Source: Phormidium sp. (GTDB lineage Bacteria; Cyanobacteriota; Cyanobacteriia; Cyanobacteriales; Aerosakkonemataceae). Taken from it: a DNA stretch of 64,000 nucleotides. The stretch spans positions 64,001 to 128,000 of the forward strand of contig CP143273.1 in the NCBI GenBank assembly GCA_051013385.1, read 5' to 3'. Positions 9,361-18,617 of the stretch are shown here, in pieces (position 1 is the stretch's first letter; every line of letters begins with the position of its first letter). The position numbers and the translations under genes are program-made. A model generated the notes under the pieces. The model saw only the letters and a list, made by a program, of their open reading frames with translations, did not search any database and was not told where the DNA came from.

Positions 9361-11628
9361 ATGATTAATTCCCAGAAAGTTGATTTAACTAACTGCGATC
9401 GCGAACCAATTCACATTCCTGGTTCCATCCAATCTCATGGTTTTATGTTAATTTTACAAGAACCAGAATTAAAAATAATTCAAACTAGCGAAAATACCGA
9501 CGACTTTATTGGTAAACAGCCAGAAAAATTATTAAACACCTACTTAAAAGATTTACTTAGATCCAAACATATAGAAGCAATAAAAAAATGCTTAGAGTCG
9601 GATTTGGGAAACATTAATCCTTTGAAGATAACATTTAAGAAAAAACATAAATATGTCACTTTTGCTGGAATTATTCACCGCTTTGACGGCGTTTTATTTT
9701 TGGAATTAGAGCCAGCTAAGACCCAAAAAAGTCCTGATTTTTTCGGGTTTTATCATTTAATTCGGGGGACTATTAGCAAACTGCAAAACACATCAAAATT
9801 GTCAGAAATGTGTAACGTTATTGTTAGGGAAGTGCAGAAAATTACGGGATTCGATCGCGTAATGGTCTATCAATTTGATGCCACAGGCGCAGGAACCGTA
9901 ATTGCCGAAGCTAAACGAGAAGATTTGACACCTTTTTTAGGTTTACACTATCCTGCATCCGATATTCCCAAACAAGCCAAACAACTTTATACTAACAATT
10001 GGTTGCGGTTAATTCCCGATACTAACTATCAACCTATTCCTCTAATTCCCCAGCTAAATCCCCTCACTAATTCCCCCACCGATTTAAGTTTTGCCGTCCT
10101 TCGCAGCGTATCACCAATTCATGTTCAATACCTTCATAATATGGGCGTTGGTGCCTCAATGTCCATTTCATTAATTAAAAACAAAAAACTGTGGGGATTA
10201 ATCGCTTGTCATCATGAATCTGTTAAACATCTCAGCTATGAAATCCGTACAGCTTGCGAATTTTTAGGTCAGGTTGTTTCCTGGGAATTACAAGGAAAAG
10301 AAGATAATGAAGACCTAGATTATAAAATGAAATTAAAATCGATTCTGGCTAGATTTATGGAATCGATTCCTCAAAATGACGATCTTGTAGATGGATTAAT
10401 CCAATCAGAACTAGATTTGTTAGCCTTAACTAGTGCTCAGGGAGTTGCTATTTGCCAGAATAATCAATGGAAATCGATCGGTCAAACTCCTGAAATAACA
10501 GATTTAGAAAAGTTACTCGAATGGATTGAAAGCAAAATAGACGGTAATTTATTTCACACAGATGCTTTATCTAAAGAGTTTCCCGAAGCCCAAAAATATC
10601 AACAAATAGTTAGCGGAGTAATTGCCTTAGCAATCTCGAAAGTTAACCGTAATTATATCTTATGGTTTCGTCCAGAAGTAATTCAAACTGTCAACTGGGG
10701 TGGTAATCCTAATAAACCTGTAGAAGTAAAACAAGATAATGTTTTGCACCTTTCTCCGCGCAAATCTTTTGCCCTTTGGCAAGAAACAGTAAAAGGCAAA
10801 TCTTTGGCATGGAAACCTTGCGAAATTGAAGCAGTTTTAGAACTGCGTAGCGCCATTGTGGGAATTGTTTTGCGTCGCGCCGATGAACTAGCAAAGATTA
10901 ACGTAGAGTTAGAACGTAGCAACAATGAACTAGATGCTTTTGCTTATATTGCTTCTCATGATTTAAAAGAGCCATTACGGGGAATTCATAATTATGCGAG
11001 TTTCTTAATTGAAGATTATGCAGAGGTTTTGCATGAAGAAGGAGTTTCTAAATTAGAAACTTTAGTTCGTCTGACGCAGCGGATGGAGGATTTGATCGAT
11101 TCTTTGCTACATTTCTCGCGACTGGGACGGGTAGAATTAGCTTGGCAAGAAACGGATTTGAATGATTTAGTTAAAAATGTAATTGATGTGTTGAAGTTAA
11201 GTTTGCCAATGTCTAATGTAGAAATTCGTATACCTCGACCTTTACCAAGAGTAAAATGCGATCGCATCCAAATTAACGAAGTTTTTAGTAACTTAATTAG
11301 TAATGCTATAAAATATAACGATCGCACCGAAAAATGGATAGAAATCGGATTTTTAGATTTTGAGAATCAATCTCGTAATGATACTGAAGAGTTTGGGGAA
11401 GTAGCGATCGTTTTATACGTGCGAGATAATGGCGTAGGTATTCGTGAATATCATCTCGAAAATATCTTTCGGATTTTCAAACGTCTACATGGACCTAAAA
11501 AATACGGTGGAGGCACAGGCGCAGGTTTAACAATTGCCAAGAAAATAGTTGAGCGACATGGCGGTAAAATTTGGGTAGAGTCTATCTTTGGCGAAGGCAG
11601 CACTTTTTACTTTACCTTGCCAAGGTAA
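9361..11628 (+). CDS. cphB: Bacteriophytochrome-type histidine kinase (CphB/AphB-like, PAS-GAF-PHY-HK)
   Basis: N-terminal CDREPIHIPGSIQ carries the biliverdin-attachment Cys; PASDIP; LRSVSPIH lacks the GAF Cys; PRKSF tongue; SHDLKEPLR. Confidence 0.85.
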   Translation: MINSQKVDLTNCDREPIHIPGSIQSHGFMLILQEPELKIIQTSENTDDFIGKQPEKLLNTYLKDLLRSKHIEAIKKCLESDLGNINPLKITFKKKHKYVTFAGIIHRFDGVLFLELEPAKTQKSPDFFGFYHLIRGTISKLQNTSKLSEMCNVIVREVQKITGFDRVMVYQFDATGAGTVIAEAKREDLTPFLGLHYPASDIPKQAKQLYTNNWLRLIPDTNYQPIPLIPQLNPLTNSPTDLSFAVLRSVSPIHVQYLHNMGVGASMSISLIKNKKLWGLIACHHESVKHLSYEIRTACEFLGQVVSWELQGKEDNEDLDYKMKLKSILARFMESIPQNDDLVDGLIQSELDLLALTSAQGVAICQNNQWKSIGQTPEITDLEKLLEWIESKIDGNLFHTDALSKEFPEAQKYQQIVSGVIALAISKVNRNYILWFRPEVIQTVNWGGNPNKPVEVKQDNVLHLSPRKSFALWQETVKGKSLAWKPCEIEAVLELRSAIVGIVLRRADELAKINVELERSNNELDAFAYIASHDLKEPLRGIHNYASFLIEDYAEVLHEEGVSKLETLVRLTQRMEDLIDSLLHFSRLGRVELAWQETDLNDLVKNVIDVLKLSLPMSNVEIRIPRPLPRVKCDRIQINEVFSNLISNAIKYNDRTEKWIEIGFLDFENQSRNDTEEFGEVAIVLYVRDNGVGIREYHLENIFRIFKRLHGPKKYGGGTGAGLTIAKKIVERHGGKIWVESIFGEGSTFYFTLPR

Positions 11629-11666
11629 GCTAACCACTAGCTAAAAATTAAAATCGATCTCATACT

Positions 11667-12122
11667 ATGAACACCAGTACAAATCAATCGTTTTTGCTTG
11701 TTGAAGATAGTGATGAGGATTTTTTCGCTTTTGAACGTATAGTAAGGAAATTGTCAGTTACGCAAGCGATTTACCGTTGCTCAGATGGCGATGAAGCGTT
11801 AGACTTTCTGTATCACAGAGGACAATATACTGACCCAGAACAAGCACCCCGCCCATCGATTATTTTACTAGACTTGAATTTACCAGGCATTGATGGACGA
11901 GATGTTTTAGCGCAAATTAAACAGGATAGAGAACTTAGCATTATTCCTGTGGTCGTATTTACGACATCTTCTAACCCCAAAGATGTGGAAATTTGCTATC
12001 AACAAGGAGTTAACAGCTACATTATTAAACCGATTAATGTTAATAAATTAATGCGTAGCATTCAACTTTTGATTGAGTATTGGTTTGCAGCCAACACTTT
12101 ACCAGAATTTGTTAATAAATGA
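11667..12122 (+). CDS. Single-domain phytochrome response regulator (RcpB/Rcp1-like)
   Basis: LLVEDS, LLDLNLPGIDG, TTSSNPKD, NSYIIKP and C-terminal YWF; directly after the phytochrome gene. Confidence 0.9.
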   Translation: MNTSTNQSFLLVEDSDEDFFAFERIVRKLSVTQAIYRCSDGDEALDFLYHRGQYTDPEQAPRPSIILLDLNLPGIDGRDVLAQIKQDRELSIIPVVVFTTSSNPKDVEICYQQGVNSYIIKPINVNKLMRSIQLLIEYWFAANTLPEFVNK

Positions 12123-12139
12123 GATAAGGAGAAAAGATT

Positions 12140-12568
12140 ATGGAAGAATTAATCGAACTAAAAAAATTACTGTTAAAAGGCGATATAAAAGGATCGCTAG
12201 CCATTGTCGAAGAACTTGAGGAAATGAGCAAACAAGACTTTATTGATAAAGTTCGTAGCTATGCAATAATTTTACTTTTGCATCTAATTAAACAGCAAGC
12301 AGAAAAGCGGACAACTCGTTCTTGGGAAGTATCTATACGAAATTCAGTTCGAGAGATCAAGAGAAAAAATAAACGTTGCAAAGCTGTAGGTTATTACTTG
12401 ACTTTAGAAGAATTAAATGAAATATTGGAAGAAGCTTTTTTAAACGCCATTGATGAAGCTTCCTTAGAAGTAGCAGAAGGACTTTATGAAACCGAAGAAT
12501 TAGCTAAATTAGTTGATAAAGCAGAAATTATCGATCGCGCCCTAACCCTAATCTTACCCAAAGATTGA
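12140..12568 (+). CDS. DUF29 family protein
   Basis: Pattern EELEEMSKQD..LLLHLIKQQAEKRTTRSWEVSIRNS. Confidence 0.8.
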   Translation: MEELIELKKLLLKGDIKGSLAIVEELEEMSKQDFIDKVRSYAIILLLHLIKQQAEKRTTRSWEVSIRNSVREIKRKNKRCKAVGYYLTLEELNEILEEAFLNAIDEASLEVAEGLYETEELAKLVDKAEIIDRALTLILPKD

Positions 12569-12600
12569 GAAACCCGGTTTCTTGAAGAAACCGGGTTTCT
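12568..12600. repeat. Perfect palindrome AGAAACCCGGTTTCTT-G-AAGAAACCGGGTTTCT between convergent genes
   Basis: 16-bp arms. The same motif occurs inside the MITE at 51396-51516. Confidence 0.85.
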
Positions 12601-12621
12601 GTGTAAGTCCTTTCCCAGAAA

Positions 12622-14766
12622 TTAAGGATTCAAAAAACCCTGATGTTCCCCAGGTTTAGCGCGTAACTCCTCCAAAGTACCTTGTAACTTTAATCGTCCT
12701 TGATCCAAATAAATCACCCAATCAGCACGATTAATAACTCTCGGACGGTGACTAATTAAAATCGTCGTTTTTCCCCGACGATGACTTAGTAAATTTTCCA
12801 AAACTTGCGCTTCACTCACCGGATCTAAACCAGCCGTTGACTCATCTAAAATTAAAATTGACGGCTCATTTACTATGGCTCTAGCTATTGCTAACCTTTG
12901 CCTTTGTCCCCCAGAAATATTCGCGCCAAATTCACCCAAAACACTTTGATATTTGTCAGGTAACTGACTAATAAACTCATCAGCACCAGCAATGCGACAA
13001 GCTTTGACAATTTGCTCAAAAGTCACTTGCGGTGAACCCAAACGGAAATTTTCAATAATTGAACGACTCCAAAAATGGGCATCTTGAGGAACTAAAACTA
13101 CCTGCTGACGGAAAGATTCTAAAGCTAAATCTTGCAGATTATAAATGTCAATGCGAATATTACCAGATTGCGGAGGATATAACCCAGCAATCATTTTCGC
13201 TAAAGTACTTTTACCACAGCCAGACTTACCAATAATTGCAACTACATTACCTCCAGGAATTGTGAGAGTAAAGTTTTTTAGTAATTCTACTTTTCCCGGA
13301 TAATGGAAGTTGACATCACTGCAAGTGATAGCAGAATTTCCTGGTATAATTGCTTCCGGTTTTTTCGGATCTCCTTCAGCTTCCGGGGTAGCATCAATGA
13401 CTTCTGTTAAACGTTGGCTAGCTGTTTGTACGCGAGCAAATTCATCAACAAATCCAATAGTAGTAGTAATTAAACCTGTAAAACTCTGATTTAAACTATT
13501 GAATGCTAGTAATTGTCCAATAGTTAACTCTTTGTTGATTACTAGCAAACTACCTAACCAAAGTAAAGCTACTGCACCACTATCAGAAACAAACTCGGAA
13601 AAGACATTATTAATAATGCCAATTTGAGTGGTGCTGAGAGAGAGATTTGCTAACCGACCAAATCTGCTCTGAATTTCTTCCCAAAATTGAGAAAAAGCGT
13701 TAGTAGTTTTCAGAGTTTGTGCGCCTTTAAACGTTTCAACTAAAACACCTTGGTTATCCGCTTCTTGAACTAAAAGATTACGAGTTTTTTGTTGCAAACT
13801 AGGCAGAAAAACAATAGTAGAAACCGTCATTAAGGCGGCAATAATCAGAGCAGATATGGTTAATTTCCAACTATAAACCAGCATAAAAATAAAAGAGATA
13901 CTGGCGACAAATAGCTGACTAGGATAACTAACAACAATTTGAGAAACTAACTGGTTAATTTCTTGAATATCTTGCAAACGACTAACTATTTCACCACTGC
14001 GACGGGCTTCGTAATAAGCCAGAGGTAAACGAAGGATTTGTCTGCCAAATTCTAAGACTAAGCCTAATTCTAATCTCTGGGCAAAGTGAGCGATAAAATT
14101 AGATTGCAGTAAACTTAAACCGCTACTGAAAAGGTTCATGACTATGACTGCGATCGCAACTCCAGTAAGTAACTGCATATCTCCCCGAATTAACACATCA
14201 TCGGTGAGAACTTGCAGCAAAAAAGGCGAAGCCAAAGACAGAAAACCGAGAACAATATTTAGCAGTAATGCTTGCAATAATAAAGTGCGATAAGGCCAAA
14301 CCCGTTCAAAAAAGCGACTAAAACCACCAATTTTATCTTCCGGTTGATTGTAGAAGCGTACAGGATCGGGTTCTAACAAAAGCATTACCCAATCTTCCCA
14401 ATTTTCTGTTAATTCTTCTTTAGTAATATAGCGAATTCCTACAGCCGGATCGGCAATTACATATTTCTTTTTTCGCTGCCCATACAAAACAACCCAGTGA
14501 GTTCCCATCCAGTGGATAATAGCTGGTAGCGGGACATCACTCATCTGGTCGAGAATTTCCGGGGAACTTTTCACAGTTCGGGCATTAAAACCTAAAGCTT
14601 CTGCACCCCTCCTTAAACCTAGCAAAGTAGTTCCTAATTTACCTGTACCAACTGCTTCTCGAATGCGGTTAAGAGTTAACAAACGCCCGTAAGACTTAGC
14701 AACAGAAGCTAGACAAGCTGCACCGCAATCTTCTTCACTATGTTGTAAAACAACTGAGTATTTCAT
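12622..14766 (-). CDS. Peptidase C39-containing ABC transporter (PCAT)
   Basis: QHSEEDCGAACLA (catalytic Cys), HWVV (His), IADP (Asp), TM domain, Walker A GKSGCGKST, signature ISGGQRQR, LILDE. Start 14766 or 14799. Confidence 0.95.
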   Translation of the reverse strand: MKYSVVLQHSEEDCGAACLASVAKSYGRLLTLNRIREAVGTGKLGTTLLGLRRGAEALGFNARTVKSSPEILDQMSDVPLPAIIHWMGTHWVVLYGQRKKKYVIADPAVGIRYITKEELTENWEDWVMLLLEPDPVRFYNQPEDKIGGFSRFFERVWPYRTLLLQALLLNIVLGFLSLASPFLLQVLTDDVLIRGDMQLLTGVAIAVIVMNLFSSGLSLLQSNFIAHFAQRLELGLVLEFGRQILRLPLAYYEARRSGEIVSRLQDIQEINQLVSQIVVSYPSQLFVASISFIFMLVYSWKLTISALIIAALMTVSTIVFLPSLQQKTRNLLVQEADNQGVLVETFKGAQTLKTTNAFSQFWEEIQSRFGRLANLSLSTTQIGIINNVFSEFVSDSGAVALLWLGSLLVINKELTIGQLLAFNSLNQSFTGLITTTIGFVDEFARVQTASQRLTEVIDATPEAEGDPKKPEAIIPGNSAITCSDVNFHYPGKVELLKNFTLTIPGGNVVAIIGKSGCGKSTLAKMIAGLYPPQSGNIRIDIYNLQDLALESFRQQVVLVPQDAHFWSRSIIENFRLGSPQVTFEQIVKACRIAGADEFISQLPDKYQSVLGEFGANISGGQRQRLAIARAIVNEPSILILDESTAGLDPVSEAQVLENLLSHRRGKTTILISHRPRVINRADWVIYLDQGRLKLQGTLEELRAKPGEHQGFLNP

Positions 14767-14970
14767 CGGATAATCTGTATTAGTGTGAGATGCTCTCATC
14801 AGCTATTCATCGCCACCCAACACAGATCAGAAAAAAACACCCATCATATAGATAGGTGTTCTTGTGAGTTTTTAGTCCCGTTCCGAGTTACATCTGTAGA
14901 GAAATTTGGGCAATTTTAAGCGGATTGCAAACTACTTAATTGCTCAAATTTTTCACACACGCATCCAGAA

Positions 14971-15210
14971 TTACCAGCAACCATAGCCACTGTAGCTAGT
15001 GCGGTAGTAGGAGTAGGAGGAGCGTGGGTAGTAGTAATAGTAGGAAGTCCGATAGTAGCGACGGTAGGTACGATAGTAGCCGCCGTAAGAAGCGCGACGG
15101 TAGCGACGGTGGCGGTAGCCATAATAGTAATGCCCACCATTAACGCTAGCAGCTTCTTCAGAATTTAACTCAGTAAAAAGTTCTGGTTTTTCAATTTGTT
15201 GGTTATCCAT
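14971..15210 (-). CDS. Double-glycine leader precursor peptide with a Tyr/Arg-rich core
   Basis: GGAG RBS before ATG 15210; leader MDNQQIEKPELFTELNSEEAASVNGG; 53-aa core HYYYGYRHRRYRR...GYGCW; upstream of and co-oriented with the PCAT. Confidence 0.85.
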   Translation of the reverse strand: MDNQQIEKPELFTELNSEEAASVNGGHYYYGYRHRRYRRASYGGYYRTYRRYYRTSYYYYYPRSSYSYYRTSYSGYGCW

Positions 15211-15381
15211 GAGTAACTCCATATAAGATGACAAGGGCGAAAAGTCGCTTAGTAGTTTTGCTGATTTGTTGCTCTACCTTGCGAATTCAGTTACAGATTC
15301 CCTGCGTTACCCACTCCCATCCGGAAGGTTCATGCGGGTAGTTAAAAAAAAATTTTTCAGCTAAACTAACTGAGTGCCATC

Positions 15382-16344
15382 ATGAGTAACAGATTTGATT
15401 CCAACCTACTCAATCCCCTAGAAAGCGATGAATTTCTACCTCCAATTAGTCGTTGGGCGAAGTTAACAGGGTTGTGTTTAGCCGCTACATTTGGCGCTGC
15501 ACTAGGGTTATCTGCGGTGATTAAATACAACACAACTGTAGATGCAATGGGAATGGTTCGTCCGGCTAGTGAACTGCAACTTGTGGAGTCAGCAACACAG
15601 GGAAAGGTGAAAAGTATTGAGGTTAAAGAAAATCAGGATATTAAAGCGGGAGATCCGATCGCCAAAGTAGATGATGTTCCCTTAAAAAACCAAAGAAACA
15701 ACCTGAAAAGGCAAGTAGATCAACTAAGTTCTCAACTTGCCCAACTTGGTTCGCAAATAAATCAGTATAGAGCCAAAAATCCCAACTCTAGTAACATTTG
15801 GTACTTGTTCCGTCGTTACAAAAACCTGGAAGAACAACTCAATACTACGCAAAGCCAATTTTACCAAGTTTCCCAAATGGTAGATAATGCTGTGGTACGT
15901 ACTCCCATATCTGGTAAAATTCTTAAATTGGAGTTACAAAGTATTGGTCAACAGATAAAAACGGGTCAACAAGTGGCGCAAATTCTTCCCGCTAATACTG
16001 CTATGTTAGTAAGAGCAAGAGTGGCGGTACAAGATATTGGTCGCGTACAAATTGGACACAATGTACAATTGAGAATTTCGGCTTATCCTTACCCGGATTA
16101 CGGAATTTTGCGGGGAAAAATTACTTCTATTAGTGCTGATGCAATTACACCACAAAATAGTAGTGCAGATCCAGCTTCTCCTTACTACGAAGTGACGATT
16201 GAACCGGAAAAAAGTTTTTTGGTGAAAAGCGATCGCTATTATCCCCTGCAACCCGGAATGGAAGTCACTGCTAACATTATTTCTCAAGAAGAAACTTTTC
16301 TCAATTTTATTCTCAGACAAGCTAGATTGACTACCAATTTGTAG
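15382..16344 (+). CDS. HlyD-family type I secretion membrane fusion protein
   Basis: N-terminal EFLPPISRW plus TM, lipoyl half-motifs (VRTPISGKI), short coiled coil, AYPYPDYG, LQPGMEVTANII. Confidence 0.92.
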   Translation: MSNRFDSNLLNPLESDEFLPPISRWAKLTGLCLAATFGAALGLSAVIKYNTTVDAMGMVRPASELQLVESATQGKVKSIEVKENQDIKAGDPIAKVDDVPLKNQRNNLKRQVDQLSSQLAQLGSQINQYRAKNPNSSNIWYLFRRYKNLEEQLNTTQSQFYQVSQMVDNAVVRTPISGKILKLELQSIGQQIKTGQQVAQILPANTAMLVRARVAVQDIGRVQIGHNVQLRISAYPYPDYGILRGKITSISADAITPQNSSADPASPYYEVTIEPEKSFLVKSDRYYPLQPGMEVTANIISQEETFLNFILRQARLTTNL

Positions 16345-16483
16345 TAGGGACACGGCATCGTTAACATTTTACACCGCCAAATGCCTGTAGAAACATAGTA
16401 GGGACACGGCATCATTAATGTAGGGACACGGCATCATTAATATTTTCCAGTTGTCCCAAATATCTCTGATGCCGTGTCCCTAC
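16344..16483. repeat. REP cluster GTAGGGACACGGCA (16344, 16398, 16420) with inverted copy TGCCGTGTCCCTAC (16470-16483)
   Basis: GTAG-foot repeats flanking a RAYT gene. Confidence 0.9.
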
Positions 16484-16496
16484 AGTTAATGGGGAT

Positions 16497-17072
16497 TCAA
16501 AAATCTAAATTCAAATCCAATTTTTCAGATGTATGATATTTGGGATTCTCCTTATCAATTTCCCAGTGAAGAGGATTATTAATAATATATTGTCTAACCT
16601 TATTCAACCCCGTTTCAATCCGAATAATACTTTCATAATAATTAGATTGCCAAACCGGAGGTTCTGGAGTGCTACGCATCAGATTAATTCGCTTGGTAAC
16701 TGCTGCTTTAAAAGAACGAATTACGGTTGGGATAGAACCTGCAACAGGTTTGCCAAATTGTTCTTGCTTTGGTATGTTATCTAGCTGGATTTGGTTAGCG
16801 CGATCGCAAATAATTAAAATCCCATGCAAATGATTTGGCATCACAACAAAAGCATCTAATTCAATGTGGGGAAACCGTCGAGGAAGCGCTTGCCAAAAAC
16901 TATAAGCAATGGAACCCAAATGATTATACCTCACTCTTCCCTTCACCACATCTCCAAACCAACATTGCCGTTTGTAGGTGCAAATTGTAATAAAATAAGC
17001 TCCAGGTTGAGTATAATCATATCCCGGCAGACGAATAGAACGCCGATGATGTTTTTTCGGGTTATATGCCAT
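16497..17072 (-). CDS. REP-associated tyrosine transposase (RAYT, HUH/Y1)
   Basis: RRSIRLPGYDY..GAYFITICT, MPNHLHGI (HUH), WQSNYYESIIR, YIINNP; flanked by REPs. Confidence 0.92.
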   Translation of the reverse strand: MAYNPKKHHRRSIRLPGYDYTQPGAYFITICTYKRQCWFGDVVKGRVRYNHLGSIAYSFWQALPRRFPHIELDAFVVMPNHLHGILIICDRANQIQLDNIPKQEQFGKPVAGSIPTVIRSFKAAVTKRINLMRSTPEPPVWQSNYYESIIRIETGLNKVRQYIINNPLHWEIDKENPKYHTSEKLDLNLDF

Positions 17073-17115
17073 CAGAAAGAATTATTATGTACATAATAAA
17101 TAAAATTATGGCACT

Positions 17116-17179
17116 GTAGGGACACGGCATCATAGATACATTGGAAAAGTTGCAAATATTAATTATGCCCTGTCCCTAC
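17116..17179. repeat. REPIN (inverted REP pair)
   Basis: GTAGGGACACGGCA ... TGCCCTGTCCCTAC. Confidence 0.9.
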
Positions 17180-17232
17180 CATCATCATTTGGTATCCAAA
17201 ATTGGATTGTTAATTTGTCTGTGATTCAAAAA

Positions 17233-17273
17233 GAGCGATCGCATTTCCCATTTTCTGAAAAATGCGATCGCTC
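17233..17273 (-). terminator. HIP1-containing hairpin, probable terminator of the PEP-CTERM gene
   Basis: GAGCGATCGCATTT...AAATGCGATCGCTC, followed by a T-run on the minus strand. Confidence 0.55.
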
Positions 17274-17319
17274 CAGTAATTATTTAGCCCTAACTTGCAA
17301 TTTAAACTTCAGAAACTAA

Positions 17320-18327
17320 CTAGGGCTTAGAAGTAACACTTTTGGTTGATTTACCTTTCCTTTCTAACAACAAAACAACACTAAAAGCCCCAAGTGCTAG
17401 CATAGAACTTGGTTCAGGTACGCTCACTGGTTCTAGGTCAATGTTTTTAGGCGGATTGTCGTCAATAGGCGGATTATTGTTAATAGGTGGATTATTGTTA
17501 ATAGGTGGATTGTGGTTAATAGGTGGATTGTGGTTAATAGGTGGTTGAGGTCGTACTGGTGGTTTTATTGCAGGTAAAAATCCCTTCAACGCGATCGCAT
17601 CATTAAAACATTCTTGAAACAAGCTAGCGATAAAGTCACCAGTAGGTAACAGCGACCGGGCAAAACTAAACCCAAAAGTGTGGGTTCCTCTGGCTCCGAA
17701 GCGACCGAAATCAAGACCTCTAAAATCGGCAGCAAAAATATCACCAATCTTGTTTCCAGAAGCAATCAAACTTTTAGTTGAATTACCAAAGGGAGAAGCG
17801 CTTTGAGCTAAATCTCCCATTGTTGCTCTTCCCCCATGACTGTTGACAAAATTAGTATAAGCGCTATTTGTAGGCCAACCATCATTGGCTAAAGCAACAC
17901 TTTTTGCGGTGACATTTTTATACACACCAGTTGTGCGAGCAGCAGAGTCATTGTTGGTAGTAAAGTTAATCCCAAATGTGCCGCTACGAGTGTGGAAAAA
18001 CATATCGCCCCAGCCAGTGTGACCATATCCCGTAGCATAGGGAACGGTAGCTCCTTGTTTGGGTAGGTTAGCATTTATTGCTACGGAAATTTTACCCGCA
18101 GCAACATCATCTTTAATGGCAAGACCAAAGATTTCAAAAATATTGCCGCCCACGTCGGTAGGCCCTCCAGACCAAAGGCGTGCTGTAGCATCGTTAAAGG
18201 AATCAATTGCATAATTCCAACCCCTATACAAAGTACCAGCTTCAGCTGGTTTATCAATAGCAGATAAGGAGCAAGTTGTTGTGATAATTGAAGTTAGGAA
18301 CAGGGAGCGAACTTTTATTTGACTCAT
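17320..18327 (-). CDS. PEP-CTERM exosortase-sorted surface protein (XDD3-like) with Pro/Asn linker repeats
   Basis: Signal peptide, GWNYAIDSFND, five PPI(N/D)xN repeats, VPEPSS plus TM plus basic tail. Confidence 0.88.
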   Translation of the reverse strand: MSQIKVRSLFLTSIITTTCSLSAIDKPAEAGTLYRGWNYAIDSFNDATARLWSGGPTDVGGNIFEIFGLAIKDDVAAGKISVAINANLPKQGATVPYATGYGHTGWGDMFFHTRSGTFGINFTTNNDSAARTTGVYKNVTAKSVALANDGWPTNSAYTNFVNSHGGRATMGDLAQSASPFGNSTKSLIASGNKIGDIFAADFRGLDFGRFGARGTHTFGFSFARSLLPTGDFIASLFQECFNDAIALKGFLPAIKPPVRPQPPINHNPPINHNPPINNNPPINNNPPIDDNPPKNIDLEPVSVPEPSSMLALGAFSVVLLLERKGKSTKSVTSKP

Positions 18328-18532
18328 GGTAGATTGATTTCCTGGTTAGGCAAAACAGAGCTTCTGTTTGCGATCGACTTAGTTAGTTTGTCGATCGCCT
18401 CAGCAAGCATTTTTGATCAGAAAAAAACCGTTAATGTCTTCTACACCCTTAAAAACGGTAGTATCATTATTTACTTCATTAAGGCTTCTACTTAATTACA
18501 GCACTAGCGAACACAGCTTTATGGTTCAGTAT

Positions 18533-18578
18533 TTGGCTCAATTTGTCATCGAGTTAAGGGTGAGCCAACATGAGCCAC
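18533..18578. promoter_or_regulatory. TGAGCCA boxes (one inverted, two direct), candidate operator
   Basis: TTGGCTCA 18533, TGAGCCAA 18561 and TGAGCCAC 18571 in the divergent intergenic region. Confidence 0.4.
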
Positions 18579-18617
18579 AATAGAAGTTAATCAAAAGCCT
18601 GCTAGGAGATTGAGGTG

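Noticed and set aside
9361..11628. Assignment as Cph1/CphA (phycocyanobilin-binding)
   Set aside because: The GAF reads SPIH without the Cys, while the N-terminal Cys is present, indicating CphB type.
14916..15140. Thr/Ala-rich 74-aa ORF overlapping the precursor
   Set aside because: Alternative frame of the Tyr/Arg codons; lacks the RBS and GG leader of the 14971-15210 frame.
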